Assembly (NCBI GenBank): GCA_963745835.1
Contig: CAVUZH010000016.1
Span: forward strand, 416,001-480,000
DNA: 64,000 nucleotides
Direction: 5' to 3'
DNA from: an uncultured delta proteobacterium
GTDB taxonomy: Bacteria > Desulfobacterota > Binatia > UBA9968
In this document: positions 63,609 to 64,000 of the stretch, piece after piece
How the letters are laid out: each line of letters begins with the position of its first letter
Numbering within the stretch: position 1 is the stretch's first letter
Made by a program: the position numbers and the translations under genes
The notes under the pieces: generated by a model
What the model was told of the DNA's origin: nothing
What the model saw: only the letters and a program-made list of their open reading frames with translations
Database searches by the model: none

Positions 63609-64000
63609 GCGAGCGCTGAAGCGGTAATCCAGTACAGCTATGAGATTGCCGGCCATCCATGTTGATGGATTATGCGAATGGCAGTCGCCGGCCTGAGCGT
63701 AGTCCATCATGAGATCGCGCGTATCGCGGGTAGGATATTTAACACATAGAGGAAGCCGAGGCGCATAGGTCGGAGCTTGCCGAAAACAAGTGGATAAAAG
63801 ATGTTCGGAAGTTTAGTTGCGGGTCTCCTCGTCCTTACGTCGATCGTTTTGGCTCGGCGTGGGAGAACAAGCATCTGCCGGCGATGCCGATCTCGGATCC
63901 GGCGTTGGTTCTCACATTGTCCCGTCTGCGGCGCTAAACAGGATTAATTGGCTTAGCCATACTCTCCGATCAAGCGTTACGTCCTGCCAAGCTGCCGGAC

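Noticed and set aside
1-64000. tRNA, rRNA, CRISPR array or prophage structural genes
   Set aside because: None recognised by eye; a covariance-model scan would be needed to exclude small ncRNAs.

Overview
64-kb window from a Gram-negative bacterium of about 55% GC. Gene content and style suggest a soil Deltaproteobacterium such as Ca. Binatia (inference). (1) 0.2-26.2 kb, minus strand: a large cell-surface glycan locus immediately downstream of lptD. It holds two separate higher-carbon GDP-sugar modules. One (5.0-12.7 kb) has the enzyme-family set of the lincomycin GDP-octose pathway: transaldolase, SIS isomerase, kinase, phosphatase, nucleotidyltransferase, epimerase, Cys-less UGD-like protein and Gfo/Idh/MocA enzyme, with an SDR in place of the aminotransferase. 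The other (16.6-26.2 kb) combines GDP-heptose synthesis, a Cj1427-like 4-dehydrogenase, a ColD-like 3-dehydratase, a ThDP E1 alpha/beta pair and a B12 radical SAM enzyme, a set that could build a C4-branched or carbocyclic 3,9-dideoxy-nonose (caryose-like). Delivery appears to use polyprenyl-phosphate GT2 plus GT-C enzymes. (2) 26.5-37.2 kb: housekeeping block argS-SPOR-trpDCFBA-folC-lptD. (3) 37.4-53.7 kb: stress, redox and metabolic genes (USP, DsbA-NhaA fusion, cardiolipin synthase, PQQ sugar dehydrogenase, trxC, ftsH) and an acyl-CoA operon truncated at both ends. (4) 53.9-64 kb: decayed accessory region with histidine kinase and ligD pseudogenes, small ORFs, a complete IS3-family element and a stand-alone Cas2/VapD-like ORF. 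Several otherwise intact genes (lptD, trpC, fcl, cls) carry single 1-nt indels that look like long-read consensus errors. No rRNA, tRNA or CRISPR array was recognised. All homology calls are from motif recognition, not database searches.
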